Shown here one piece after another: positions 27,227 through 40,860 of a stretch of DNA of 64,000 nucleotides. This stretch comes from Eledone cirrhosa (taxonomy: Eukaryota). The notes under the pieces were generated by a model that worked only from the letters and a program-made list of their open reading frames with translations, ran no database searches and had not been told where the DNA came from. Numbering within the stretch: the first letter of the stretch is position 1; the number at the start of each line of letters is the position of its first letter. The translations under genes and the position numbers were made by a program. The stretch spans positions 221,774,001 through 221,838,000 of the forward strand of contig OZ024743.1 of the NCBI GenBank assembly GCA_964016885.1, in the 5' to 3' direction.

Positions 27227-27890
27227 ATAGTATACCATTTCTGTGTGTATGAGAGTATGTGTGAGTGTGTGTGTTTAAAATATACCATTCTGTATGTGAG
27301 TGTGTGTTATAGTATACCATTTCTGTGTGTATGAGAGTATGTGTGAGTGTGTGTGTTTAAAATATACCATTCTGTATGTGAGTGTGTGTTATAGTATACC
27401 CTTTCTGTGTGTATGAGAGTATGTGTGAGTGTGTGTGTTTAAAATATACCATTCTGTATGTGAGTGTGTGTTATAGTATACCCTTTCTGTGTGTATGAGA
27501 GTATGTGTGAGTGTGTGTGTTTAAAATATACCATTCTGTATGTGAGTGTGTGTTATAGTATACCCTTTCTGTGTGTATGAGAGTATGTGTGAGTGTGTGT
27601 GTTTAAAATATACCATTCTGTATGTGAGTGTGTGTTATAGTATACCCTTTCTGTGTGTATGAGAGTATGTGTGAGTGTGTGTGTTTAAAATATACCATTC
27701 TGTATGTGAGTGTGTGTTATAGTATACCCTTTCTGTGTGTATGAGAGTATGTGTGAGTGTGTGTGTTTAAAATATACCATTCTGTATGTGAGTGTGTGTT
27801 ATAGTATACCCTTTCTGTGTGTATGAGAGTATGTGTGAGTGTGTGTGTTTAAAATATACCATTCTGTATGTGAGTGTGTGTTATAGTATA
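27227..27890. repeat. 82-bp tandem repeat, 8 near-identical copies
   Basis: ATAGTATACC recurs every 82 bp from 27227 to 27801, with a partial unit at 27883. Confidence 0.9.
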
Positions 27891-28183
27891 CAAGGTACGG
27901 CGTATATGATGGCTATTGTAGTGTTTATAAATATATGCACGTTTTTCACCCTCGCTATGTACTGCGTGTGTGTGTATATATATATATGTGTGTGTGTGTG
28001 TGTATGTGTGTTTGTGTGTGTGTTTGTGTGACTGAGTGTGTGTGCATGTGTATGTGCATATGTATATCTGTGTGTATGTGTGTGTGTGTCTGTCTGTATA
28101 TATGGATGTGTGTGTTACTGTTTTACTTATTGGTTCGGTTTTCTTTTCGAGTATTTATATTACAACATATTTTTTCATCTTAC

Positions 28184-28228
<45 letters not shown>

Positions 28229-28348
28229 GTGAGTAGGTGATGGTGGTGATGTTGCAGCTTGCTACATGCACTAGTGTTAGTAACTTACTATATTACTACT
28301 TTCCAGCGCCGGTACACTCGGGTATAAACTATAATAGAAACCATACCA

Positions 28349-28385
<37 letters not shown>

Positions 28386-28775
28386 CAGACACACATACAC
28401 ACATACAGACAGATATAAAATTAAAATTCAGGTGCTCAACAGACTTAGCTTCGCTGTCTGTGGTTGTATCGTTCAACTGACTATGATGAGTTTATGAATG
28501 TGGAACAAGAGTGTGTGTGCACACACGCTTTACCCTTTCTTACCATACATACATGAATCCAAGGAGATATGAACTGGTGGGCAGACAGGTAGGTCGGTAA
28601 GTAAGGTAGCTAAGTAATATAAACAGGTAGAGCAACCAACGAACTAACCAGCAAGCCAGGCAACCGGCTTTCATATTAGTAAGCTTCGTTGTTTTCATTT
28701 GATGGTCATAACACAAAACGCGTGTTGTGTTATAATAATCTACTTGGACAACACCAGCACCTCTTTAGGCAAATA

Positions 28776-28808
<33 letters not shown>

Positions 28809-28809
<1 letters not shown>

Positions 28810-28977
28810 ACGAAGGAAATGTGGTAAGGGACCAGGTGGACCATAACGCACCAAAGTACTCAATACTTAGGGTAGTAGAGTGGGTAATAGGAACGAGTAA
28901 GACCCCGACGGCTGAGCTCAAGCCGTTTCGACGGCTAATTCTGGACTCAGAATTAGCCGTCGGGATCTTACTCGTTC
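28809..28977 (-). mobile_element. Family D copy 4
   Basis: Reverse complement of the 5101-5233 sequence; shows the full hairpin GACGGCTAATTCTG-gact-CAGAATTAGCCGTC. Confidence 0.75.
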
Positions 28978-29012
<35 letters not shown>

Positions 29013-29423
29013 CAAAATTAAGATAAATCAAATGAATTTAATCTAAATCAAAATTATAGTTGTCGATAACCCTATTCACGCCATTGGGGCGAAGCTAGTA
29101 TGATGTGTGTATTTCTAGTAGATACAGCACGTGTTGATGGCCAGTCGCTGATTTGAACTTGAAGTGTAAACACTGATCGCTGGAACTTCTTCCTTGTTGA
29201 AAATCCAAGTATCCGCTTCCGTGGTTTACCATTCGATTAATTGGTGAAATATATTTCTTTAATGGAATATATACAGGGAAGATTAATCATATTATAAGGT
29301 ATTTATTTTTGAAGTTCTGGTCAACTTTATTTAGTTACCTACCTAGCTATGTGTGGTTACACACTTGTAAAAATTATCTCCTGTGATTATTCATGTTTAT
29401 TTATATGTTAATCAATTTCTAGT

Positions 29424-29475
<52 letters not shown>

Positions 29476-29585
29476 TTGAAGGCGGCCGACCGGACTAGAA
29501 ACTGGTAATGTTTGGCCACCTTCTTGTCTCTCTGCCTTTTCAGCCCCATGGATTGTGTCTATTATATTGCTTTGTTAAATTTCGA

Positions 29586-29643
29586 ATACCTGATGATGTC
29601 ACCGGATTCATACTGAACCCGGCCATTGAAATGTTCATAGTAT
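29586..29643 (+). ncRNA. Type I hammerhead ribozyme in a TA-flanked insertion (~29475-29700)
   Basis: ATAC-CTGATGA-[tgtca CCGG a TTCA tac TGAA c CCGG ccatt]-GAAA-TG-tt-CA-TA-GTAT, then AATAAA; stem I ATAC/GTAT, predicted cleavage after AUA. Confidence 0.7.
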
Positions 29644-29696
29644 AATAAACCTTTAAGGAATTGCACCAGTCCAGCCTCCTGTTACCTGTTATTTTA

Positions 29697-29765
<69 letters not shown>

Positions 29766-29835
29766 CAACCGTGACCATCTCCACTGAAAGTTTTCATGAA
29801 ATAGTCTTTTAAGACTATACAGAGCATTTGATGTT

Positions 29836-30077
29836 ATTCCAAATTGAAGGATAAGTGTTTCAAACTTTATTTTATCATGAGTTAAAGGTCTATAGATTTT
29901 CCCTGGATTTTACTAAATTCTGTGGATGAATTTATATCCTGATTCTCTTTTGAGATGAGTTTGAGTTATTTTTCCTAAATCTTTCGTTAACTACTTTTCC
30001 CATCTTGACGTTATAGTCGCATATATGTTATAGAATGCCGTTAGCTTCTTGCTAAAACAATCTCTATACCTCTCATT

Positions 30078-30080
<3 letters not shown>
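29836..30080 (+). mobile_element. TA-anchored repeat family G copy 2
   Basis: Colinear with 24080-24325. Confidence 0.7.
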
Positions 30081-30112
<32 letters not shown>

Positions 30113-30113
<1 letters not shown>

Positions 30114-30314
30114 AGTAGTAATACAACAGTTAGTTCACCATACCGAGAACAATTGTTTCACCTTATGCGGATCTTCAGCTCGGACTGCAGATCCATATAA
30201 GGTGAAACAATTGTTCTCGGTATGGTGAACTAACTGTTGTATTACTACTTCTACCAATCTCGTCGCATGGATTGAGTGCTCTATCACTACGGATATTACC
30301 TTCCAGTGTTCTAC

Positions 30315-30318
<4 letters not shown>
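30113..30318 (+). mobile_element. Family H terminus hairpin
   Basis: Arms 30113-30178 / 30185-30250, tail 30251-30318, (TA)n flanks. Confidence 0.8.
30143..30183 (-). ncRNA. Minimal type I hammerhead ribozyme (family H)
   Basis: Reverse complement CCGAG-CTGAAGA-tccgcataaggt-GAAA-CAATTG-TT-CTCGG: 5-bp stem I, palindromic stem III, weak stem II. Confidence 0.75.
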
Positions 30319-30399
<81 letters not shown>

Positions 30400-30440
30400 C
30401 GAAACATAAGTCAATTGTATGAACTCATAATCCTTTATTT

Positions 30441-30496
30441 ACTGCTATATATATTTCGATGATAGCCATTGAGTGGCTATGACCTCATCAGGCAGT
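30441..30496 (-). ncRNA. Type I hammerhead ribozyme
   Basis: Reverse complement ACTGC-CTGATGA-GGTcATAGCCA-ctcaa-TGGCTATcATC-GAAA-TATATA-TA-GCAGT, then AAATAAA; 5-bp stem I, palindromic stem III. Confidence 0.85.
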
Positions 30497-31008
30497 TAGT
30501 CAGTTCTTAGATATGCCAGCTCTGTGTTTATGGTGTTGCAATAGCTTGGGTGTTTGGAGCTTAGGCGAATCCCTTAGTACAGATACACATACCCAGCCAC
30601 ACTTTTATACCTCTGGATGCGCGTGTATGTCTATATACACATGTGCACTCATACAAGAGAGCATATACAAACATACTCCTAAGCATACACTTGAATATTT
30701 TTCAAATGCAACCTGGGGTATTAGTATTTCGTTGCGTTCACATGAGTGTGTACACTCACGCAATCCCAGTATACACACACTATGTACGGTTGAGGGCACT
30801 CATTCATGTGTATAGGGTTAGTACCTTGGTATGATTGTTCTTCCTGTGTGGGCCACTTCCGGGGGGGGGGGAGTTCCTCAGGTTCAATAAACGAGATGTT
30901 GTTGCCTCCTAACCAGAAGAGGATCCGGTGGACAATCCACCATAGGGACCACAAACTATGGGTGGTTGTAGTCCATTGGTCATTGGTACGGGGTATTCCC
31001 ACCAAAGA

Positions 31009-31093
31009 GGTCCGACGAGCCAATGATTACAGTGTCGGGCTAGATCGATACAGATCGAACTTTGAGTTGATTGGGGGCGAAACGCGCGTCACC
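31009..31093 (+). ncRNA. Variant hammerhead (CCGACGA core, ~60-nt domain II)
   Basis: GGT-CCGACGA-GCC...GGC-GAAA-CGCGCG-TC-ACC, with AATAAA 4 nt later; predicted cleavage after GUC. Confidence 0.6.
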
Positions 31094-31135
31094 AACCAAT
31101 AAACGTAATGAAGGAGTAACCACTCGTCCTTTCTT

Positions 31136-31167
<32 letters not shown>

Positions 31168-31171
<4 letters not shown>

Positions 31172-31603
31172 AGGAGGTTATAGTTCACTTGAAGCATTGT
31201 GTAATGAGGTATAAACGTTAGAATATGTGTAATAAGGCCAAGACAATGCAGATATGGACATAGAAAAAATAATGCAATAGTGAAAGATATTGATGTGAAT
31301 TCGTCTTTCACCTTGAATTTATTTAAATGTCCTTAATTTTCGAGATAATATCTCTTCTTCGGAGGGAAGTAAAGGTCTCAGACCAGCGTCTTTAAATCTC
31401 TAAAGAGATTTAAAGACGCTGGTCTGAGACCTTTACTTCCCTCCGAAGAAGAGATATTATCTCGAAAATTAAGGACATTTAAATAAATTCAAGGTGAAAG
31501 AGGTGAAAGACGAATTCACATCAATATCTTTCACTATTGCATTATTTTTTCTATGTCCATATCTGCATTGTCTTGGCCTTATTACACATATTCTAACGTT
31601 TAT
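31168..31603 (-). mobile_element. Family I terminus hairpin
   Basis: Arms 31210-31401 / 31404-31603 (near perfect, one short duplication in the right arm), tail 31168-31209, (TA)n flanks. Confidence 0.8.
31440..31474 (+). ncRNA. Variant minimal hammerhead (family I; mirror copy on minus strand at ~31331-31365)
   Basis: CCT-CCGAAGA-a-GAGAT-att-ATCTC-GAAA-AT-TA-AGG; stem III can form only intermolecularly. Confidence 0.55.
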
Positions 31604-31842
31604 ATATATATATAATGGAAAACGAAAGTCAGGTAGATCCACACACGGATCGCACCTCGAGCTGTTCGCCGGGGAAACAATGGAAACACACAATAAATTG
31701 AGTTCCGATGCATCACTGATTTTTCATTTTCCATTCTATAATACTCAGCTCCGTAGGAGCATAGAGTGCTCAACAGGCATACCGCCTATGGAAGTATCTT
31801 AGCTACCATTAGACGTATATATATATATATATATATATATAT

Positions 31843-31972
31843 TTAATACAGAAATGGCTTCTACAGGAATAGAACTGTTTCATTCGAAGGAAATCTTCAG
31901 GAAAGCTATTTCTATATTAAATATTTATATTCTGATATGTATTGAGTACCTTACTTACTGTGGTTATCCCCC
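31843..31972 (+). mobile_element. Family C copy (inverted arm plus tail)
   Basis: Minus arm 31843-31901 with CTGAAGA-TTTCCTTCGAAT-GAAAC, then plus-strand CTATATTAA...GTATTGAGTACCTTACTTACTGTGGTTA. Confidence 0.7.
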
Positions 31973-32019
31973 ATTGTGTGTGTGTGTGGGGGGGGGGGGG
32001 GAGACAAAAATGATTAAAT

Positions 32020-32170
32020 TAATCCCATTACTTTACTGGTATTTAATTTTATCGACCCCGGAAAGAAGAAAAGCAAAGTTGACTTCAGTGGGATTTGAAC
32101 TGAGAATGTAAAGAACCAGAACAAGTACCACAATGACGTCTTATCCCACGTTCTAACAACTCCGCCAATC
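32020..32170 (-). mobile_element. tRNA-derived SINE (family 2), diverged
   Basis: ACTGGTATTTAATTTTATCGACCCCGG...GCAAAGTTGACTTC...GGATTTGAACT. Confidence 0.65.
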
Positions 32171-33155
32171 TACCAACCTGTGTGTGAGGAGCAACAACAA
32201 CAACAACAACAGCAAGTTTGACAACAACCAACTTTGAAAATATAAAAGGGTTTTATTATTCACAGTTATAGAAATATCATTAGAAATACAAAAGTTATAC
32301 AATGATGGAAATATGAAAAAGAAAGGTAAAAATAAAATTAAGTAATGAGAAAAGGGGGGAAGGGGTAAATAAGGGCAGATCTGGCTGTATGGATAAGTAG
32401 AGGAAGTATGGGTAAGTAAGTGGAAGGAGGGGGGGGGGCATGAACTCTTGGGCCATATAAGAAAGGAGAGGGAAGAGAGGAGGGTGATGGGCTCTGTGTC
32501 TAGAGCAGGGTGGTGTTTGGGCCGCACCCCGCGGACAGAACTGCAAAGGCCATTTCCTCGGATAATGGAATGTACCGCCAATTAAGAGATGGGTGAAAAG
32601 GTTGATGAGAGAAAAAATGTAGAGTAAAATTAAATTTAAAGAAGATGAGAATATTTTTGTAAATTCTTTATTGGAAGCAGGTGGTTTTTAATATATATAT
32701 AATAAAAATAAGGGTGGAAAGCGGGAAGTGAAGGGAAAAAACGACAAAGCTAAAGGGGTTGAAACATAAATATACACACACATACACATACACATACGCA
32801 CACACATACACATACACACACATACACATACACATACGCACACACATACACATACACACACATATACACACAAACACACACGGACACAAACATACACAAA
32901 CACACTCATACAAACACACACAAACACACACAGACACAAACACAAACACTCAACACACAAACAAACAACTCACACAATACACACAATCCACACTCAATAC
33001 ACACATACACACATACAACACACACCATAATATACACAGCCAATACACACACAGTAACAATAACAGCAACAATAAAGAAAGAACACACCAATTACTGAAA
33101 AATAAATTCTAAGTTCTAATTTTAGTTTCTGAAAATAAATATAGAAAAAGAAAGT

Positions 33156-33795
<640 letters not shown>

Positions 33796-33988
33796 CAAAA
33801 ATAAACCAACAATAATCGTATTGGATCCTAATTTAGGCACATTGAGAAGAAGGGGGAGGGGAGAAATCAATTTATATCGATCCCTAGTACTTCATTCGTA
33901 CTTTATTTTATCGACCCCGGAACTAATAATAATTCTATCTAACATTGGAACACAGCCAGCATTGTGGGGGATCTGGAAGGTCGATTAT

Positions 33989-35412
33989 ATCGACCCCCAG
34001 TATTTAACTGGTACAATATTTGATCGACCTCAGTATTTAACTGGTACAATATATGATCGACCTCAGTATTTAACTGGTACAATATATGATCGACCTCAGT
34101 ATTTAACTGGTACAATATATGATCGACCTCAGTATTTAACTGGTACAATATATGATCGACCTCAGTATTTAACTGGTACAATATATGATCGACCTCAGTA
34201 TTTAACTGGTACAATATATGATCGACCTCAGTATTTAACTGGTACAATATTTGATCGACCACAGTATTTAACTGGTACAATATATGATCGACCTCAGTAT
34301 TTAACTGGTACAATATATGATCGACCACAGTATTTAACTGGTACAATATATGATCGACCCAGTATTTAACTGGTACAATATTTGATCGACCTCAGTATTT
34401 AACTGGTACAATATATGATCGACCTCAGTATTTAACTGGTATAATATTTGATCGACCACAGTATTTAACTGGTACAATATTTGATCGACCACAGTATTTA
34501 ACTGGTACAATATTTGATCGACTCCAGTATTTAACTGGTACAATATATGATCGACCTCAGTATTTAACTGGTACAATATTTGATCGACCACAGTATTTAA
34601 CTGGTACAATATTTGATCGACCACAGTATTTAACTGGTACAATATTTGATCGACCACAGTATTTAACTGGTACAATATTTGATCGACGCCAGTATTTAAC
34701 TGGTACAATATTTGATCGACCACAGTATTTAACTGGTACAATATTTGATCGACGCCAGTATTTAACTGGTACAATATTTGATCGACCTCAGTATTTAACT
34801 GGTACAATATTTGATCGACCACAGTATTTAACTGGTACAATATTTGATCGACCACAGTATTTAACTGGTACAATATTTGATCGACCCCAGTATTTAACTG
34901 GTACAATATTTGATCGATCCCAGTATTTAACTGCTACAATATTTGATCGACTCCAGTATTTAACTGGTACAATATTTGATCGACTCCAGTATTTAACTGG
35001 TACAATATTTGATCGACGCCAGTATTTAACTGGTACAATATTTGATCGACCACAGTATTTAACTGGTACAATATTTGATCGACCACAGTATTTAACTAGT
35101 ACAATATTTGATCGACCTCAGTATTTAACTGGTACAATATTTGATCGACTCCAGTATTTAACTGGTACAATATTTGATCGACCTCAGTATTTAACTGGTA
35201 CAATATTTGATCGACTCCAGTATTTAACTGGTACAATATTTGATCGACTCCAGTATTTAACTGGTACAATATTTGATGGACCCCAGTATTTAACTAGTAC
35301 AACATTTGATCGACCACAGTATTTAACTGGTACAATATTTGATGGACCCCAGTATTTAACTAGTACAACATTTGATCGACAACAGTATTTAACTGGTACA
35401 ATATTTGATCGA
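33989..35412. repeat. 33-bp minisatellite (~43 copies) expanded inside a SINE
   Basis: Unit GATCGACC(T/A)CAGTATTTAACTGGTACAATAT(A/T)T; flanked by SINE family 2 sequence. Confidence 0.92.
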
Positions 35413-35796
35413 CACCCGAAAGAGGAAGTGTGTGGTGTGGGAAGAACGTTAAGAGAGTATGTGTGTATTAAGTGATGTGATTTATGAGAAGAAAGAATGG
35501 GTTGTGGAAAGGTAGGATCTAAGTTGATGATATGATCTAAAAATATGTCAAAAGAACGAGAGGAAAGTGAAGTAGTTGCTGTTTAGTGTGTGGGAGTGAG
35601 AGGTGGAGAGAGTGACTGAGTGAGTGAGAGTGAGAGGAAGGAAAAGGAAAGTGTGTGTATGTGTGAGTCGTGCCAGCATTTGCTGAAGTGTGATGGCGTG
35701 GGTGTGTGAGAATGTATGTGAACGTATGAGTATGCGTGTGTGTGTATCTCTCTTTGTATAAGAACAGCGTGTTTTAGAGGATGCATACATACATAT

Positions 35797-35974
35797 ATTA
35801 GTTCTTTCGTTGTTTTGGTATTGTATGGTTGGGGTTTGTCTACCGCAACTTTCAATTTGTCAAACTTTTAAACGTATGTTATTACTCTAAGGAGTGCTTT
35901 GCTACTCATTCCTTATTGTAGGTCGACTTTGCTTGGCCAGAACCAAAGCTTCGATTTTACTAAGCTTCCACTTG

Positions 35975-35975
<1 letters not shown>
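35797..35975 (+). mobile_element. TA-anchored repeat family K copy 2
   Basis: Reverse complement of 22068-22288. Confidence 0.7.
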
Positions 35976-36051
<76 letters not shown>

Positions 36052-36084
36052 CTTCGGAAAATAACACACACACACGCATATGTG

Positions 36085-36115
<31 letters not shown>

Positions 36116-36169
36116 ATACATATATATATATATGTGTGTGTACATATATATATATATATATATATAAAG

Positions 36170-36233
<64 letters not shown>

Positions 36234-36626
36234 CATATATATATATATATATATGCGTGTGTGTGTTATTTTTCAGAAGTAAAAGGTGACAGCCACTTCA
36301 AAGTTTAAACGATGGTGCCGCTTAAGACCGCGTATGTGTGTGTGTTTAGGTGGATATGCGTAAGAGTGAGTGACTGAGACTGTCAGTGTGGATCGAGTGG
36401 ATGATTATTAATGAAATATGTTAAAGAAAGGCAGAGAATGTCTGTGTGTATGTGTATGTTCATGCGCGCGCGCGCGTGTGTGTGTGTATGTGTGTGTGTA
36501 AAACGCAGTCAATGTCTGTGTGGAAAAGTGATCGTGTCAGAATTGGTAGAAAGTATTTCGTTCTGTGAGTTTGAGAATACGAGATGACAGAGGAATGTTT
36601 ATGTATGTTTATATGTATATGTGCAG

Positions 36627-36657
<31 letters not shown>

Positions 36658-36709
36658 GTTTGTATGTATATTTGGAATTATGTGTGTGTGTGTGTGTGTG
36701 TGTTAGAGT

Positions 36710-37760
36710 CTATGTATGAAACTATGTATTACAGTGTCTATGTATGTATTTATGCATGAAAGTATATATGCTACTGTGTCTATGTATGTATTTATGTATG
36801 AAAGTATATATGCTACAGTGTCTATGTATGTATTTACGCATAAAAGTATATATGCTACAGTGTCTATGTATGTATTTATGTATGAAAGTATATATGCTAC
36901 AGTGTCTATGTATGTATTTATGTATGAAAGTATATATGCTACTGTGTCTATGTATGTATTTATGTATGAAAGTATATATGCTACAGTGTCTATGTATGTA
37001 TTTATGTATGAAAGTATATATGCTACAGTGTCTATGTATGTATTTACGCATGAAAGTATATATGCTACAGTGTCTATGTATGTATTTATGTATGAAAGTA
37101 TATATGCTACAGTGTCTATGTATGTATTTACGTATGAAAGTATATATGCTACAGTGTCTATGTATGTAGTTATGTATGAAAGTATATATGCTACAGTGTC
37201 TATGTATGTAGTTATGCATGAAAGTATATATGCTACAGTGTCTATGTATGTATTTATGTATGAAAGTATATATGCTACTGTGTCTATGTATGTATTTATG
37301 TATGAGAGTATATATGCTACAGTGTCTATGTATGTATTTACGTATGAAAGTATATATGCTACAGTGTCTATGTATTTATGTATGAAAGTATATATGCTAC
37401 AGTGTCTATGTATGTATTTACGTATGAAAGTATATATGCTACAGTGTCTATGTATGTATTTATGTATGAAAGTATATATGCTACTGTGTCTATGTATGTA
37501 TTTATGTATGAAAGTATATATGCTACAGTGTCTATGTATGTCTTTATGTATGAAAGTATATATGCTACTGTGTCTATGTATGTATTTACGTATGAAAGTA
37601 TATATGCTACAGTGTCTATGTATGTATTTACGTATGAAAGTATATATGCTACTGTGTCTATGTATGTATTTACGTATGAAAGTATATATGCTACAGTGTC
37701 TATGTATGTATTTATGTATGAAAGTATATATGCTACTGTGTCTATGTATGTATTTATGAA
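36710..37760. repeat. 42-bp minisatellite (~25 copies)
   Basis: Unit TATGTATGAAAGTATATATGCTACAGTGTCTATGTATGTATT. Confidence 0.92.
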
Positions 37761-38089
37761 TGTTACAGTGCGTATGTATGTATTTATGTATAAAACTATA
37801 TATATTACAGTGCCTATGTGTGTGTGCGTATGTATGTATTTATGTGTGAAACTATATTTGTTACAGTGCCTGTGTGTGTGCGTATGTATGTATTTATGTA
37901 TGTAACTATATATATTACAGTGCCTATGTGTGTGTGTGTGCTTATGTATGTATTTATCTATGTAACTATATATATTACAGTGCCTATGTGTGTGTGTGTG
38001 TGTTTAGGTATGTATTTATGTATGTAAGTATATATATTACAGTACTTATGTGTGTGTATGCGTATGTGTGTATTTATGTATGTAACTAT

Positions 38090-38860
38090 ATGTGTGCGTG
38101 TACTTATGTATATGTGTGCATGTATTTATGTATATGTGTACGTGTACTTATGTATATATGTGTGCGTGCACTTATGTATGTGTGCGTGTATTTATGTATA
38201 TGTGTACGTGTAATTATGTATATATGTGTGCGTGTATTAATGTATATGTCTACGTATATTTATGTGTACGTGTATTTATGTATATGTGTACGTGCATTTA
38301 TGTATATCTCTACGTGTACTTATGTATATGTACATGTGTGCATGTACCTATGTATATGTGTACGTGTACTTATGTATATGTGTACGTGTACTTATGTATA
38401 TGTCTACGTGTATTTATGTATATGTGTGCGTGTATATATGTATATGTGTACGTGTATTTATATATATGTGTACGTGTACTTATGTATATGTGTATGTGTA
38501 CTTATGTATATGTGTGCGTGTATATATGTATATGTGTACGTGTATTTATATATATGTGTAGGTGTACTTATGTATATGTGTGCGTGTATTTATGTATATG
38601 TGTGCGTGTATTTATGTATATGTGTACGTGTACTTATGTATATGTCTACGTGTATTTATGTATATGTGTACGTGTATTTATGTATATGTCTACGTGTACA
38701 TATGTATATGTGTGCGTGTACTTATGTATATGTGTACGTGTATTTATGTATATGTGTGCGTGTACTTATGTATATGTCTACGTGTATTTATGTATATGTG
38801 TACGTGTACATATGTATATGTGTGCGTGTACTTATGTATATGTGTATTAATATGCGTATG
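38090..38860. repeat. 22-bp minisatellite
   Basis: Unit GTGTACTTATGTATATGTGTAC with variants. Confidence 0.85.
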
Positions 38861-39159
38861 TTTGTACATGTGTGTATGTGTGTAATAAGCATAAAAGAAG
38901 AGAACAGGGATGAGATGAAGGGGGAGGGAAGGTGATGAGATGAAGATAGGGGGTGGGGTGATGGAGATGGGGGGGGGGGGCGTGATATAAGGATAGAGGG
39001 AGTGTAGGGTTAGCTATTGAAGGCGACAAAGGTAGATTGTTCTAGTGTGGGGGAAGGGAGGGAAAATGAGAGTTGCTATGAAGTGTGAATTGTAAATTGG
39101 TATGTAGAAGAGGGAGGGAGTGTCGGTGTGGGAGTGTGGGTGGGAGAGAACGAGAGAGA

Positions 39160-39173
39160 GGGTATGTATATGA

Positions 39174-39206
<33 letters not shown>

Positions 39207-39291
39207 GGAGAAAGAGAGAGAGTATGTGTATGAGTGCGTGTGTGTGTGTGTGAGAGAGAGAGGGAGAAAGAGAGAGAGAGTATGTGTATGA

Positions 39292-39322
<31 letters not shown>

Positions 39323-39351
39323 GGATAAAGAGAGAGAGAGTATGTGTATGA

Positions 39352-39383
<32 letters not shown>

Positions 39384-39409
39384 TAAAGAGAGAGAGAGTA
39401 TGTGTATGA

Positions 39410-39441
<32 letters not shown>

Positions 39442-39527
39442 TAAAGAGAGAGAGAGAGTATGTGTATGAGTGTGTGTGTGTGTGAGAGAGAGAGAGAGGG
39501 ATAAAGAGAGAGAGAGTATGTGTATGA

Positions 39528-39559
<32 letters not shown>

Positions 39560-39585
39560 TAAAGAGAGAGAGAGTATGTGTATGA

Positions 39586-39619
<34 letters not shown>

Positions 39620-39693
39620 AAGAGAGAGAGAGTATGTGTATGAGTGTGTGTGTGTGTGAGAGAGAGAGAGTATGTGTATGAGTGTGTGTATGA

Positions 39694-39728
<35 letters not shown>

Positions 39729-39757
39729 GGATAAAGAGAGAGAGAGTATGTGTATGA

Positions 39758-39791
<34 letters not shown>

Positions 39792-40093
39792 AAGAGAGAG
39801 AGAGTATGTGTATGAGTGTGTGTATATGTGTGAGAGAGAGGGATAAAGAGAGAGAGTATGTGTATGAGTGTGTGTGTGTGTGAGAGAGAGAGAGGGATAA
39901 AGAGAGAGAGAGTATGTGTATGAGTGTGTGTGTGTGTGAGAGAGAGAGAGGGATAAAGAGAGAGAGAGTATGTGTATGAGTGTGTGTGTGTGTGTGAGAG
40001 AGAGAGGGAGAAAGAGAGAGAGTATGTGTATGAGTGTGTGTGCGTGTGTGTGAGAGAGAGAGGGAGAAAGAAAGAGAGAGAGTATGTGTATGA

Positions 40094-40129
<36 letters not shown>

Positions 40130-40437
40130 AAGAGAGAGAGTATGTGTATGAGTGTGTGTGCGCGTGTGAGAGAGAGAGAGGGAGAAAGAGAGAGAGTATG
40201 TGTATGAGTGTGTGTGCGTGTGTGAGAGAGAGAGAGAGGGAGAAAGAGAGAGAGAGTATGTGTATGAGCGTGTGTGTGTGAGAGAGAGAGAGGGAGAAAG
40301 AGAGAGAGAGTATGTGTATGAGTGTGTGTGCGCGTGTGAGAGAGAGAGAGGGAGAAAGAGAGAGAGTATGTGTATGAGTGTGTGTGCGTGTGTGAGAGAG
40401 AGAGAGAGGAAGAAAGAGAGAGAGAGTATGTGTATGA

Positions 40438-40471
<34 letters not shown>

Positions 40472-40505
40472 AAGAGAGAGAGAGTATGTGTATGAGTGTG
40501 TGTGC
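39160..40505. repeat. Composite (GT)n/(GA)n minisatellite, ~55-60 bp
   Basis: GTATGTGTATGAGT-(GT)n-(GA)n-GGGA(T/G)AAA-(GA)n repeated. Confidence 0.88.
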
Positions 40506-40818
40506 GTGTGAGAAAACGAGAGATATAGTATGTGTATATATGAGTGTGAGTGAGAGAGAGAGATATGAGTGTGTGTGTGTGAGAGAGAGAGTGTGTGTGT
40601 GTGTGTAATGAGTGTGGGAGGGAAAGAGAACGAAGGAGAGATATAGTATGTGTATATATATATGTGTGTGTGTGTGAGTGTATGTGAGAGAGAAAGAGAG
40701 GGTATGTGTATATATGAGTGTGTGTGTGTATGTGAGAGAGAAAGAGAGGGTATGTGTATATATGAGAGAGTGTGTGAGTGTATGTGAAAGAGAAAGAGAG
40801 ATATATATATATAGTATG

Positions 40819-40860
<42 letters not shown>

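Noticed and set aside
33989-35412. CRISPR-like array (33-bp partly palindromic repeats)
   Set aside because: Units are head-to-tail with no unique spacers, there are no cas genes, and the unit derives from a SINE.
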